DNA of 64,000 bases from Candidatus Nanoarchaeia archaeon (GCA_028693395.1 JAQUVJ010000003.1:2298-66297), one strand, 5' to 3'; counted from the first letter of the stretch, positions 50,131 to 60,487 are shown. The notes: generated by a model from the sequence alone, not told the origin. Program-made: numbers and translations.

Positions 50131-51404
50131 TAATCAAAACCTAAAAATACAGGTAATCTATTAACATCTTCTATTATTACTTTAAATTCATAAGATTTAG
50201 ATATTTTTCCATCAGATAAAACTATCTTTTGAACATATTCTCCTTGGCTTTCATAATCAATATTTTTTGAATTTGATTTAAAGAAACCATCATATGTTAT
50301 TGTTACTTTATCATTATCTAAATCTTCATAAATTATTTCTAATGTTGCATTTTCTCCTTCATTAAAATTTAATTCTAAATCATTATCATATGCTTTTGAA
50401 TTTACTTTTAATAAAGTTGGAGCAAAGTTAACATCTTCAACAACAAATGTAAGTTCTTGTTTTACTATATGATTTCCATCATCTAATTCAATTTCATATC
50501 TCTTAGTACCAATATCTCCAATCTTTGCTTTAAATGAACTATCTTTTAATTCTTCTGGTAAAATAAATTCAACATCATCATTATCCAAGTCTTCAAAATT
50601 TAAATTCAAATCAATTGTTTCATTTTCTTTTACATTATATTTTGAGATTCCTGTGAATTTTGGTGGTTGATTTACATCTATAATTGTAATTTTAAAAGAA
50701 GTTTCGACAATATTAAATCCATCTTCAACAATTACTGTTTGATTGTAAACTCCTGAATCAAAGAAAGTTGTTTGATATGATTTTTTTGTGGTAAATCCTC
50801 TGTAAGATATATTCAAAGAATCGTTTTCTTCATCTTTTACATCAATTTCAATTGTTATTTCTTCTCCTTCATCTACTACAATATCTTCAATTTCTTTTAA
50901 TATTGGTGCTCTATTTTTTTTAGCTATTGATAAATCAATTGAAACGTTTTGATAACTTTTTCCATCGGTAATTGTAAAAAATACTGTGTGATTACCCGCA
51001 TCTCCTAATTTTGTATCCCATACTCCATTTAAATTGAATGGTTCATAAAATATTATATTTATAGTATCTCCATCTGGATCTGTTATTTTGGGATTTAAAA
51101 TTATTTTATCTCCTTCTGTATAATTCAAAACTATTTCATTTTTTAATTCTAATTCAGGTTTTGAATTTTCTTCTTCATTAATTGATTCGTTTTTTTCTGC
51201 TTCAAATTCAATTAATTCACTTCCTTGTGTTTCGTTTTCTGGTAATATATTTTCACTTTGATTTGTTGCGTTAAATTCTGTTAAGTTATTATTTATGTTT
51301 TCTCCTAAAGAATTGTTACTCAAATCTATTGTTTTTTCGTTTGAACAAGCAACAAAAACAAATAAAAATATAATTAAAAATCCTATTTTTTTCATAGCAA
51401 TCAC
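50130..51404 (-). CDS. Secreted or lipid-anchored surface protein with four cadherin/Ig-like repeats
   Basis: The signal and lipobox-like N-terminus is FLIIFLFVFVACSNE. Repeat boundaries are NRAPIL, VNQPPKF, VNFAPTL and VNRLPVF. Each repeat carries an acidic Ca-binding-like motif (DPDGDTINI, DEENDSLNI, DLDNDDVEF, DLDNDKVTI). Confidence 0.55.
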   Translation of the reverse strand: MIAMKKIGFLIIFLFVFVACSNEKTIDLSNNSLGENINNNLTEFNATNQSENILPENETQGSELIEFEAEKNESINEEENSKPELELKNEIVLNYTEGDKIILNPKITDPDGDTINIIFYEPFNLNGVWDTKLGDAGNHTVFFTITDGKSYQNVSIDLSIAKKNRAPILKEIEDIVVDEGEEITIEIDVKDEENDSLNISYRGFTTKKSYQTTFFDSGVYNQTVIVEDGFNIVETSFKITIIDVNQPPKFTGISKYNVKENETIDLNLNFEDLDNDDVEFILPEELKDSSFKAKIGDIGTKRYEIELDDGNHIVKQELTFVVEDVNFAPTLLKVNSKAYDNDLELNFNEGENATLEIIYEDLDNDKVTITYDGFFKSNSKNIDYESQGEYVQKIVLSDGKISKSYEFKVIIEDVNRLPVFLGFD

Positions 51405-51458
51405 TTATATAATCCATTTAAAAGAATATTAATATATAAACTTTATCGTGATAACAAC

Positions 51459-52046
51459 TTATTGCGACCAGTCAGTAATACAATTATAAAAATAATCGTC
51501 TTTAATACCAGAATCCATTTCAAATACATCTATAAAGAAATTTCTAATATAATCGATTGTTTGAGATCTATTTAAAATAGATAATAATATAATTTGTTTT
51601 TTAAGATTTATTTTATTCAAAAAATCTTCTATAAAATTTTCTAAATCAAAATTTTGAATTGCAGTTAAAGAAATAATTATATCATAATTTAATGTTTTAT
51701 TTTTATTTAAAAATTCAACAGCATCCATTAATTCTAATTTATATGAAAAATCAATTTCAAAAATTACATTTTCTAATCTTTGTTTTGCTAATTCAATTAA
51801 TGATTTTGAATTATCTACTCCTACATACTCTATTTTTGTTATTGATTTTTTTGATAAAAAATCGATTAAATATGGAATTGCAACACAAGAACCACAACCG
51901 AAGTCTAAAATTTTTAAACTAGATTTTTTATATTTTAAATCTGATAATTTATTTAAAAAAAAATCTAATTTTTGAATTTGTTCTTCGCCGTATAATTCAT
52001 CATATCCTAATGATATACTATTGTAATAATCATCGCTTAATTCCAT
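51459..52046 (-). CDS. Class I SAM-dependent methyltransferase
   Basis: ILDFGCGSC is motif I. The protein has Rossmann-fold length. Confidence 0.6.
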   Translation of the reverse strand: MELSDDYYNSISLGYDELYGEEQIQKLDFFLNKLSDLKYKKSSLKILDFGCGSCVAIPYLIDFLSKKSITKIEYVGVDNSKSLIELAKQRLENVIFEIDFSYKLELMDAVEFLNKNKTLNYDIIISLTAIQNFDLENFIEDFLNKINLKKQIILLSILNRSQTIDYIRNFFIDVFEMDSGIKDDYFYNCITDWSQ

Positions 52047-52125
52047 TTTCTATCTGCTTTTTTATATGGATTTTAAAATTTTTTAAAATTTTGGTTTTAC
52101 TATTTTGGTTTTTTGTTTTATTTTT

Positions 52126-52671
52126 TTATTTTTTCACTTTTAATGGCGAAATAATTGCTTTTTCAGATATTATTGCTGAATTTCCTGTAGGATCTTCTAT
52201 GACTAATTTTATTGTTTCTTGTCCCCAAGTAACTTTTCTTAATTTCTTTATCATATTTTTTCCTTTTTTAATTTTATCATTATCTTCTTCGGAATTTATT
52301 GCTTTTTCAATAGCTGAAATAAATCTATTAAGAACTCCTTCTACATTTGATACGAAACCTTGAGCAGCAATTCCAGGTTCTAAATCTATCATTCTTGGTA
52401 TTCTAATACTTCCTTCTGATGATCTAACAATTCTTATATTCATATCTTCTTTAGAAGAAATATCAATTTCATATTTTTTTGGATCTTTTGGTTCTGATGC
52501 TTCAACGTCTGCTTTAAAAAATTTACATTCATTACAAAACATTGAAAAAATATAAACTTCACCAAAAAATGGAATGTCTCTTGTTGAACTTATTATTTTT
52601 AATGTATTACTCATACATATCGGACATGTTTGATTTTCTATTATTTCGACTTCTTTATCCATATAAATCAT
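52126..52671 (-). CDS. ZPR1-type zinc finger protein
   Basis: CPICMSNTLKIISSTRDIPFFGEVYIFSMFCNECKF carries the ZPR1 CxxC...CxxC pattern with the FFGE motif. Confidence 0.7.
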   Translation of the reverse strand: MIYMDKEVEIIENQTCPICMSNTLKIISSTRDIPFFGEVYIFSMFCNECKFFKADVEASEPKDPKKYEIDISSKEDMNIRIVRSSEGSIRIPRMIDLEPGIAAQGFVSNVEGVLNRFISAIEKAINSEEDNDKIKKGKNMIKKLRKVTWGQETIKLVIEDPTGNSAIISEKAIISPLKVKK

Positions 52672-52839
52672 CTAGAAAAAATACTAGTTTATTTAAAAAA
52701 CTTTTCTATAAAACTTATAAATTAAAAGATAAATTTAAATAATGACATTTAAAATTGATTTTTATTTTTTAAAAAAAACAATATAAATATTATAAATATA
52801 AACAAGAAAATAAAAAGAAATAAAAGAAATAAAAATAAA

Positions 52840-53208
52840 TTAATCTACAAATCCTCCTATTAACAAAAATAATCCTGCTGATAAATCAAAAATATAAAGC
52901 ACATTTATTAAAAATGTAGGAATTGTAAATAAAATTATTCCAAATGTTGCAAGTATTGGTACTAAATATAAAATTAAAACTGATAAACCTATTATTAAAG
53001 ACAAAAAGAATAATACTCCATAACTATGAATTTCTCTAAATGCATCGATTATCAATATTACTGCACCAAATATTATAACTATAGATATTAATATTGTAGG
53101 AATAAAATCAATATTTATTACTATTCCAAAAGTTGCAAGTATTGGAATTAATCCTGTAAAAATCAAAGCTAAAGCCAAAATAAATGAAGTAACTTTTATG
53201 AATTCCAT
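52840..53208 (-). CDS. Small membrane protein with an internal duplication
   Basis: The two halves share LIPILATFGIVIN and LVPILATFGIILF. There are four TM segments. Confidence 0.45.
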   Translation of the reverse strand: MEFIKVTSFILALALIFTGLIPILATFGIVINIDFIPTILISIVIIFGAVILIIDAFREIHSYGVLFFLSLIIGLSVLILYLVPILATFGIILFTIPTFLINVLYIFDLSAGLFLLIGGFVD

Positions 53209-53465
53209 ATCATCACCAATAAAATAATATTTTCAAAGTTTAAAAACTTATTGTTTCACGTATAGGTTTTTATCTGTTTATTTTTCATTTTGTTTTTCTT
53301 TTTTATTTTTTGATTTTTGATTAATTTATTTTAATTTTTGATTTTTTTCATTTTGTTTTTATTTATCTTCAATTATTTTTTATTTAAAAGTTTTTATTTA
53401 TTATTTTTTTATTATTTTTTTTATTATTTTTTTTATTATTTTTTATTATTATTATATTATTTTAA

Positions 53466-53888
53466 TTACTCTCCTATTATTTTTATTAAAACTTTTTTAT
53501 CTCTTCTTCCATCAAATTCTCCATAAAAGATTTGTTCCCATGGACCAAAATCAAGACTTCCTTTTGTTATTGCGACAACAACTTCTCTACCCATTATTGT
53601 TCTTTTTAAATGTGCATCGGCATTTATTTCTCCCGTCCTATGATGATAATATCCATCATAAGTTGATTTTTCAGGTGCTAATTTTTCTAACCATTCTAAA
53701 AAATCTTTTTTCAATCCGTTTTCTTCATCATTTATAAAAACAGAAGATGTAATATGCATAGAATTAACAAGCAATAATCCTTCTTTTATTCCTGATTCAT
53801 GTAAAACTTTTTCTACATCATAAGTAATATTTAGAATTTCTTTTTCTTCTTTTGTTTTTATGTTTAGATATTTTGTATACGATTTCAT
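53466..53888 (-). CDS. YjbQ/UPF0047 family protein (secondary thiamine-phosphate synthase-like)
   Basis: The motifs [37 protein letters not shown] and [18 protein letters not shown] are present. Confidence 0.8.
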   Translation of the reverse strand: MKSYTKYLNIKTKEEKEILNITYDVEKVLHESGIKEGLLLVNSMHITSSVFINDEENGLKKDFLEWLEKLAPEKSTYDGYYHHRTGEINADAHLKRTIMGREVVVAITKGSLDFGPWEQIFYGEFDGRRDKKVLIKIIGE

Positions 53889-54211
53889 AGTATTCTAATA
53901 TTAAATAAATTCATATAAAAATTTTCTGATTTTTTCTTTACAATAATTATCATTGTTTTATTAAAGAAATTTAAAGAAATTTAAAAAAAATTTAGAATAA
54001 ATAGAAAATAAAAAAGCAATAAAAATCAAGATTAAAAAATTAGAAAATGAAAAATAAAAAAAAGTAAAAAATAAAAAAAAAAGCAAAAGAGTAAAGAGTA
54101 AAGAATAAAAAGTAAATAATCAAAATAAATTTAAATAAAAAATAAAAAAAAACACAACTATAATTAACAATTAAAATATTAAGAAATTAAGAAATTAAGA
54201 AATAAATAACA

Positions 54212-54805
54212 TCATTTTTTTTGATGTATTTTATAATTTTTTAATTCCTCAAATCTAAAACAATCAAAAGAATGATCATTTACCATTCCTACTGCTTGCA
54301 TAAAAGAATATATAATTGTAGATCCCACAAAATTCATTCCTCTTTTTTTTAAATCTTCGGATATTTTGTCAGATATTATAGATCTTGTAATTATTTTGTT
54401 TTCTAAATTTATTATTGGTTTATTATTTACAAATCCCCATATGTAATTTGAAAAACTTCCAAATTCTTTTTGAATTTCTATAAAAATTTTTGAATTTCTA
54501 ATTGCAGATTCTATCTTTCTTTTATTTCTAATTATTCCTTTATTTTCAATTAGTTCTAAAATTTTTTCTTCATTATATTTTGAAATCTTTTTATAATCAA
54601 AATTGTCAAAAGCACTACGATAATTTTCTCTTTTTTTTAAAATAATAATCCAAGAAAGTCCTGCTTGTGCAGATTCTAGAATAAGCATTTCAAATAACTT
54701 CTTGTCATCAAATACTGGGACCCCCCATTCTTCATCGTGATATTTAATATATACTTCATCATCACCGGCCCAAGAGCATCTTTTTTTCATTGACATATTT
54801 GACAT
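54212..54805 (-). CDS. tag: DNA-3-methyladenine glycosylase I
   Basis: RCSWAGDDEVYIKYHDEEWGVPVFDDKKLFEMLILESAQAGLSW is present. Confidence 0.88.
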   Translation of the reverse strand: MSNMSMKKRCSWAGDDEVYIKYHDEEWGVPVFDDKKLFEMLILESAQAGLSWIIILKKRENYRSAFDNFDYKKISKYNEEKILELIENKGIIRNKRKIESAIRNSKIFIEIQKEFGSFSNYIWGFVNNKPIINLENKIITRSIISDKISEDLKKRGMNFVGSTIIYSFMQAVGMVNDHSFDCFRFEELKNYKIHQKK

Positions 54806-55101
54806 TGTGCTTTGTTTTTTTTAAATATAGTTATACTTTAAAGTATATATTAAAATGTATATTAAAATTAAATTTTATTAATAATTTTATTAACAACTAT
54901 ATTAATAAATTACAATGAAAAATTATGTAGAAATAAAATAATAAAATAATAATAAATAATAAATAATAATAAAATAAAAAAATAAATAATAAATAATAAA
55001 AATGAAAAATAAATTGAAATGAAATGAAATAAAAGAAAAAAATAGAAAAAAACAAAAAAAAATAGAAAAAAACAAAAAAAATAAATGATAAAAGTAATCA
55101 A

Positions 55102-56238
55102 TCAATTAAAATCTATGATTTTTTCCCATTCAAAAATATCTCTTCCAAAATGACCATAACTTGAAGTTTTTGAATATATTGGATTTTTCAATTTTAATTT
55201 TTCAATAATCTTTCCTGGTCTTAAATCAAAATTTTTTATTACCAATTTTTCTATCTCTTCATCGTTTCCTGTTCCAAAACTATCAACAAAAATACTTACT
55301 GGTTTTTCTACTCCAATACAATAACCTATTTGTATTTCACATCTTTTTGCTAATTTATTTGCAACAACATTTTTTGCAACAAATCTTGCTGCGTATGCTG
55401 CTGATCTATCTACTTTTGATGGATCTTTTCCACTAAAAGCACCTCCACCATGCCTTGCAACTCCTCCATAAGTATCAACGATAATCTTTCTTCCTGTTAA
55501 TCCTACATCTGCAAGTGGTCCACCTGTAACAAATTTTCCTGTTGCATTAATAAAATATTTTGTATTTTCATCAAGATATTTTCCACAAACGTGTTCTATT
55601 ACTTTTAATTTAATTTCTTTTCTAAGATCTTCTAAATTCCATAAATCTGAATGTTGTTGTGCAATAACAACTGCATCGATTCTTTTAGGAATACCATTTT
55701 CAAATTCAAATGTAACTTGACTTTTTGCATCTGGTCCTAAATTTTCTATTATATTATTTTTTCTTACTTCTTCTAATCTTTCTATTAATTTATGAGCGTA
55801 AATTATTGTTGCAGGCATATATTCTTTTGTTTCATCTGTTGCATAACCAAACATTATTCCTTGATCTCCTGCTCCTTGTTCTTCAATTGTTGTTTTTGAA
55901 ACTCCTTGATTTATGTCTGAACTTTGTTTTGAAATATTTGTTACTAATTCAAAATTATCTACATCAAACCCCCATTGATTATTATATCCTATTTCTTTTA
56001 AGACATCTGTAACAATTTTTTTATAATTTATTTCATTATAGTTACTACTAATTTCTCCACATAGATATACAGAATTTTTTGATATCATTGTTTCAATTGC
56101 AACATGAGATTCTTTATCATTTTTTAAGAATTCATCTAAAATGCTATCACTAATTCTATCACAAACTTTGTCTGGGTGTCCACTTGAAACACTTTCAGAT
56201 GTAAAAAAATATTTTCCTCTTTCCATACATCTAAACAA
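55102..56238 (-). CDS. metK: S-adenosylmethionine synthetase, bacterial/eukaryotic MetK type
   Basis: The motifs FTSESVSSGHPDKVCDRISD, GAGDQGIMFGYA and GGGAFSGKDPSKVDRSAAY are present. Confidence 0.92.
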   Translation of the reverse strand: MFRCMERGKYFFTSESVSSGHPDKVCDRISDSILDEFLKNDKESHVAIETMISKNSVYLCGEISSNYNEINYKKIVTDVLKEIGYNNQWGFDVDNFELVTNISKQSSDINQGVSKTTIEEQGAGDQGIMFGYATDETKEYMPATIIYAHKLIERLEEVRKNNIIENLGPDAKSQVTFEFENGIPKRIDAVVIAQQHSDLWNLEDLRKEIKLKVIEHVCGKYLDENTKYFINATGKFVTGGPLADVGLTGRKIIVDTYGGVARHGGGAFSGKDPSKVDRSAAYAARFVAKNVVANKLAKRCEIQIGYCIGVEKPVSIFVDSFGTGNDEEIEKLVIKNFDLRPGKIIEKLKLKNPIYSKTSSYGHFGRDIFEWEKIIDFN

Positions 56239-56364
56239 AATAATAAAGTCAATATAAATAGTGTTGACAATAATATTCTTTTAGGAATATTTTTAAAATT
56301 AAAAATAAATAAATAAATAAATGAAAAATAATTAATAAATTAAAAATAAAAAAAATTACCAAAA

Positions 56365-57405
56365 TCATTGCTTCTTAGAAAAAAACTCTTGATCAATAAT
56401 TTTTGCAATCAAGAAAAAATATGATAATATTAAAGGTCCTATAACAACACCTATAAATCCAAAAAATTTAAGTCCCATAAAAGTTCCAAAAAGCCCAATA
56501 AGTGGATGAATCTTTCCAAATTTCTTTTGTAATAATGGCCTATAAATCATATCAGTATTAGAAATCAATAATCCCAATATAACCATCCAAACTCCTGCTG
56601 CAATGTTTCCTCCTATAAAATTTATCACTGCAATTGGTATCCAAACAAAATAAACCCCTATTACTGGAATAAAAGCTAATATAAATGAAATCAAACCTAA
56701 AAGTAAAGAACCTGGAACTCTAAAAATAAAAAGAACTAAGGTCATTAATCCTCCTTGAATTAAAGCACTAATTCCTGAAACAATTATTCCTGAATTTGAA
56801 ACATTAATAAAATTTTGAACTAATTTTTCTGTGTTTTCTTTTGAAAAAGGACTATGTTTTAATAAAAGTTCATAAAAACTATTCTCTGGTTTTAAAACAT
56901 AATAAAGTAAAAATAATGATAAAACTAATTGAAATAATGTATTAAAAACATTTGAAAAAGTTTTTATTGCTGAATTTTTTATAAAATTTATTCCTGAATT
57001 AACAATACCTCCTAAAAATTCTAAATTATTTGAAAAATTTGGTGCAACAAAGTAAGAATTTATTTTTTCAATCATATTATCTAAAAAAATAAAATCCTCA
57101 ACATTAATATTCATTCCTGTTATTGCACTATCTATTTGAATTATTGCACTTGCAGAAATTAAATACAATGGGATTAAAATTATGAAAAAAATTAATAAAA
57201 CAATTATAAAAAATGAAAAAGTATGATTAATCTTTTTTTTTCTCAAAAATTTATAAATTGGTTCTGATAAAACAAAAAAAACTAAACCATAGAATATTGC
57301 ATTCAAATAAGGGCTCAACAAATAACATAAAATCAAACCAATTATTATTAATATTGCTATTGCAATATTTTTTTTATTATTATCCATATATAACAAAATA
57401 CTCAT
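56365..57405 (-). CDS. AI-2E family transporter (PerM/UPF0118)
   Basis: There are about 8 TM segments. The length and the C-terminal PLLIL..GP.I pattern are typical. Confidence 0.6.
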   Translation of the reverse strand: MSILLYMDNNKKNIAIAILIIIGLILCYLLSPYLNAIFYGLVFFVLSEPIYKFLRKKKINHTFSFFIIVLLIFFIILIPLYLISASAIIQIDSAITGMNINVEDFIFLDNMIEKINSYFVAPNFSNNLEFLGGIVNSGINFIKNSAIKTFSNVFNTLFQLVLSLFLLYYVLKPENSFYELLLKHSPFSKENTEKLVQNFINVSNSGIIVSGISALIQGGLMTLVLFIFRVPGSLLLGLISFILAFIPVIGVYFVWIPIAVINFIGGNIAAGVWMVILGLLISNTDMIYRPLLQKKFGKIHPLIGLFGTFMGLKFFGFIGVVIGPLILSYFFLIAKIIDQEFFSKKQ

Positions 57406-57478
57406 TAGTTTAAAAATATATCTTTTGCACTAAATAAAAGTAACTAAAGTTTAAAATAAAAAAAAACAACAATTTCTT

Positions 57479-58837
57479 ATGGATTACAATTCTACACTAA
57501 AGGCTTACGATATTAGAGGAACAATTGATATTATTAATGAAGAATATACTATAAATTTAGCTCTAAATATTTTGGAAAAAATCGATTTTAATTCTGTAAC
57601 AATTTCTTATGATACAAGAGAAAAATCAAAAACAATGGCAGAAGTTTTAATGAATGTTTTTTTACAAAAAGAAAAAAAAGTTTATGATCTTGAAATTTGT
57701 TCTACACCAATTTCATATTTTTTAACAAAAAGATTAGGTACTGATATTGGAATAATTGTTACAGCATCACACAATCCTTTAAATTATTTAGGATTTAAAA
57801 TCTACAAAAAAAATTTAATTCCTTTTTCTCCAATTGAACTTTTTCAAAATTTAAAAAAATTAGAAACAAATTCAAATCAAATTGTTAGAGAATTGTTCTT
57901 TTCAAAAAATTATGAAAAAATTGATTTTAGATCTTTTGTTAATAATTATTTTATTCATAATTTCTCATACAAAAATTTAAAAAATCTACCTTTTATTATT
58001 GATTTTTCAAATGGTTCTGCTATAACTTATGAACATGATTTTTTAATTAATAATTTTCAAAAATGTTTTTTAATTAATACAAATCTAGGAACTTTTAAGC
58101 ATTCATTAAATCCATTAGATGAAGATGCTTTAATTGATGCAAAAAAATACATTAAAGATTATAATTTGAATTTTGGAATTGTTTATGATACAGATGCAGA
58201 TAGAACTGTTTTACTTGATGAAAATTCAAATCCTGTCAGTGGAGATGATTTATTATTATTTTTAATTTATATAAAAAAAGAAATATTGGATGAAAAATTT
58301 AAAGTTTTATATGATATCAGATCTACAAGAGAAATAAAACAATATTGTAAAAAAAACAAAATTGAATCTTTCGAATCAGTTGTTGGTCATTATTTTATAA
58401 AAAAATTAATGAAAGAAAATGATATCGATATTGGAGGAGAAAAAAGTTCTCATATTTATTTTAAAGAATCAAATTACACAGAAAATTCTTTAATCTTATT
58501 TTACTATTTAGATGCTTTTTTTTCTAACAAAAATAAAAAAACAAAATCAATTTCACAAACTATAGAAGAATTACATAAATCTATTTCATCAAAAGAATTA
58601 AATTATGAATTTAATATAGAAAAAGATAAAATAATAAAAGATTTAGAAGAATTATTTTCAAATTACAATAAAGAAAAAAAAGATGGAATTTCTGTTTGGA
58701 GTGATTTTTTTTGGTTTAATATTAGATTTTCTAATACAGAAAATTTAATGAGATTAAATTTAGAAACAAAAAATCAACAAATTTATGATAAAATAAAAAA
58801 TTTAATAGAAAAGTATTTAAAAAAGGTCAATATTTAA
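57479..58837 (+). CDS. Phosphoglucomutase/phosphomannomutase family (GlmM/ManB-like)
   Basis: The TASHNP active-site loop, the YDTDADR metal site and the GGEKSSH sugar loop are present. Confidence 0.8.
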   Translation: MDYNSTLKAYDIRGTIDIINEEYTINLALNILEKIDFNSVTISYDTREKSKTMAEVLMNVFLQKEKKVYDLEICSTPISYFLTKRLGTDIGIIVTASHNPLNYLGFKIYKKNLIPFSPIELFQNLKKLETNSNQIVRELFFSKNYEKIDFRSFVNNYFIHNFSYKNLKNLPFIIDFSNGSAITYEHDFLINNFQKCFLINTNLGTFKHSLNPLDEDALIDAKKYIKDYNLNFGIVYDTDADRTVLLDENSNPVSGDDLLLFLIYIKKEILDEKFKVLYDIRSTREIKQYCKKNKIESFESVVGHYFIKKLMKENDIDIGGEKSSHIYFKESNYTENSLILFYYLDAFFSNKNKKTKSISQTIEELHKSISSKELNYEFNIEKDKIIKDLEELFSNYNKEKKDGISVWSDFFWFNIRFSNTENLMRLNLETKNQQIYDKIKNLIEKYLKKVNI

Positions 58838-58842
58838 CATTC

Positions 58843-59247
58843 ATGGAAAATGATATTAATAATGAAGAATATTCTAAACAAATGTATGATAAATATAATA
58901 TGATTTTAGAAGAATACAATTTACTAAAAGATGAAAAAGATAGAATTTCTCATGACATAAAATCATTAAAAAATAACATTTTAATTCTTAATGAAATTGA
59001 AAAAGAAAAGAATCTTGATGAAATATATTTTCCTTTATTTAATGGAGTATATATGAAAGCAAAAGTAATAGATAAAGAAAATTATTTTATGTTAAGTTCA
59101 AATAAATATGCTATAATTGAAAATAAAAATTCTATAAAAGATAAAATAAAAGAAAACATAGAAGAATTAGAAAAAGTCATAGGAAAAATAGAAAATATTC
59201 TAAATAAAAGAAAAAATGATTTAGATGAAATTGAAAATTCTATTTAA
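58843..59247 (+). CDS. Coiled-coil protein, prefoldin alpha-like
   Basis: Two coiled-coil arms flank a beta-hairpin-like segment (YFPLFNGVYMKAKVIDKENYFMLSSNKYAIIE). Confidence 0.4.
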   Translation: MENDINNEEYSKQMYDKYNMILEEYNLLKDEKDRISHDIKSLKNNILILNEIEKEKNLDEIYFPLFNGVYMKAKVIDKENYFMLSSNKYAIIENKNSIKDKIKENIEELEKVIGKIENILNKRKNDLDEIENSI

Positions 59248-59892
59248 TTAACAAGACTCAGAATTTCTCCAACAAGCTCTATTAGATTTATAATCACATT
59301 TTTTTCTACAACTATTACATCCAGCCTCCCAATTACAACAACTTCCATTATCACCTTCTGAACAAGTTCCTTCGTTACTTGCAGAATTTTGAGCACAATA
59401 TTCCCAATCACAACACCATAATACATAAAACCATCCACATTTTCTACAAGAAGTCCATCTCGTACTTGGACCTGTGTTTAATGTTTCACAATTAGATCCT
59501 GAAAAACTAGCATAGTCTGATCCTGTTCTTGCATACTGAATTTCTTCTTTTACTAATGATTGAATTTCTCCATTTATCATTTTATATTCAGTATATGATC
59601 TTTTTCTAGCACATTTAACAGCTCCTTCACAACTCCAAGAACCATATTCTCTTAAAAAGACATTTGTTGCAAGTTCATTCGTAAAAATTCTCCATTCATT
59701 TTCACTTTTTGTTGGAACAAATAGAGTATATCCTTGTGAATTTTTATTTTCAACTCCTCTATAAATACTATGCTCATTTATTTGTACAACAGAATCAAAT
59801 GCTACATTATAAAAATCAGCTGAAAATGAAAAATAAAAATTTAATATAAAAATAATACAAAAAAAAATGAAACTTATAGTTGATTTTTTCAT
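59248..59892 (-). CDS. Secreted cysteine-rich protein
   Basis: The signal-like N-terminus is MKKSTISFIFFCIIFILNFYFSFSA. The C-terminal region of about 85 aa is packed with Cys/Trp (CRKCGWFYVLWCCDWEYC...CCNWEAGCNSCRKKC...CWRNSESC) and the protein ends in Cys. Confidence 0.6.
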   Translation of the reverse strand: MKKSTISFIFFCIIFILNFYFSFSADFYNVAFDSVVQINEHSIYRGVENKNSQGYTLFVPTKSENEWRIFTNELATNVFLREYGSWSCEGAVKCARKRSYTEYKMINGEIQSLVKEEIQYARTGSDYASFSGSNCETLNTGPSTRWTSCRKCGWFYVLWCCDWEYCAQNSASNEGTCSEGDNGSCCNWEAGCNSCRKKCDYKSNRACWRNSESC

Positions 59893-59988
59893 AATTTTAA
59901 TTAAAAAAGAGTTTTATATAAATTTTTCTAACTAGTATTAATACATCGTAAGTAATCTTTATAAAGATTGTATTAATCTCTAAGTATT

Positions 59989-60240
59989 GTGGTCAATATG
60001 GATGAAAGAATCGAAGGAATATTAGAAGTTATAAAAGATATGACTCTTGATAATACTATACCTAGAAATGTAAAAATCAAACTTGAAAATGTAAAAGAAC
60101 AATTTAAAACAGATAAAGAAATTTCTCTAATCAAAGATAATGTTTTATCTATCTTAGAAGAAATTTCAGATGATATAAATTTACAAGCATTTACAAGAAC
60201 TCAAATTTGGAATCTTATTAGTGCTGTAGAAATTTTATAA
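59989..60240 (+). CDS. UPF0147 family protein
   Basis: DNTIPRNVKIKLENV...ILEEISDDINLQAFTRTQIWNLISAVE matches the archaeal UPF0147 pattern. Confidence 0.6.
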   Translation: MVNMDERIEGILEVIKDMTLDNTIPRNVKIKLENVKEQFKTDKEISLIKDNVLSILEEISDDINLQAFTRTQIWNLISAVEIL

Positions 60241-60252
60241 AAAAATAAAAAA

Positions 60253-60426
60253 TTATTTTTCTTCTTTTGAAGAATTATTTTCTTCTACTTCATCTTCTTT
60301 TTTTAATTCTTCATTAAAAACTCTTTTTGCTCTTCCAGCTTCTCTTGCCCATTCAACAACTTTTGGTCCACCAAATAAAAAAACAGCCAAAAGTAATATT
60401 AAAATAATTTCACCAGCTCCAATCAT
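60253..60426 (-). CDS. tatA: Twin-arginine translocase subunit TatA/E
   Basis: Not in the track (57 aa); I translated it by hand as MIGAGEIILILLLAVFLFGGPKVVEWAREAGRAKRVFNEELKKEDEVEENNSSKEEK. It has a TM helix, an FGG hinge and an amphipathic helix. AGGTGATaat precedes the ATG. Confidence 0.7.
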   Translation of the reverse strand: MIGAGEIILILLLAVFLFGGPKVVEWAREAGRAKRVFNEELKKEDEVEENNSSKEEK

Positions 60427-60487
60427 ATTATCACCTATTTTATTATATATTTTTATATCTTTATTACTTATTAAATCTTTCTATTTT

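Noticed and set aside
59248-59480. The Cys/Trp-rich C-terminus of the secreted protein as a diversity-generating retroelement (DGR) variable region.
   Set aside because: The window has no reverse transcriptase gene, and I could not see a second (template) copy of this segment anywhere. The idea cannot be fully excluded without a repeat search on the whole genome.
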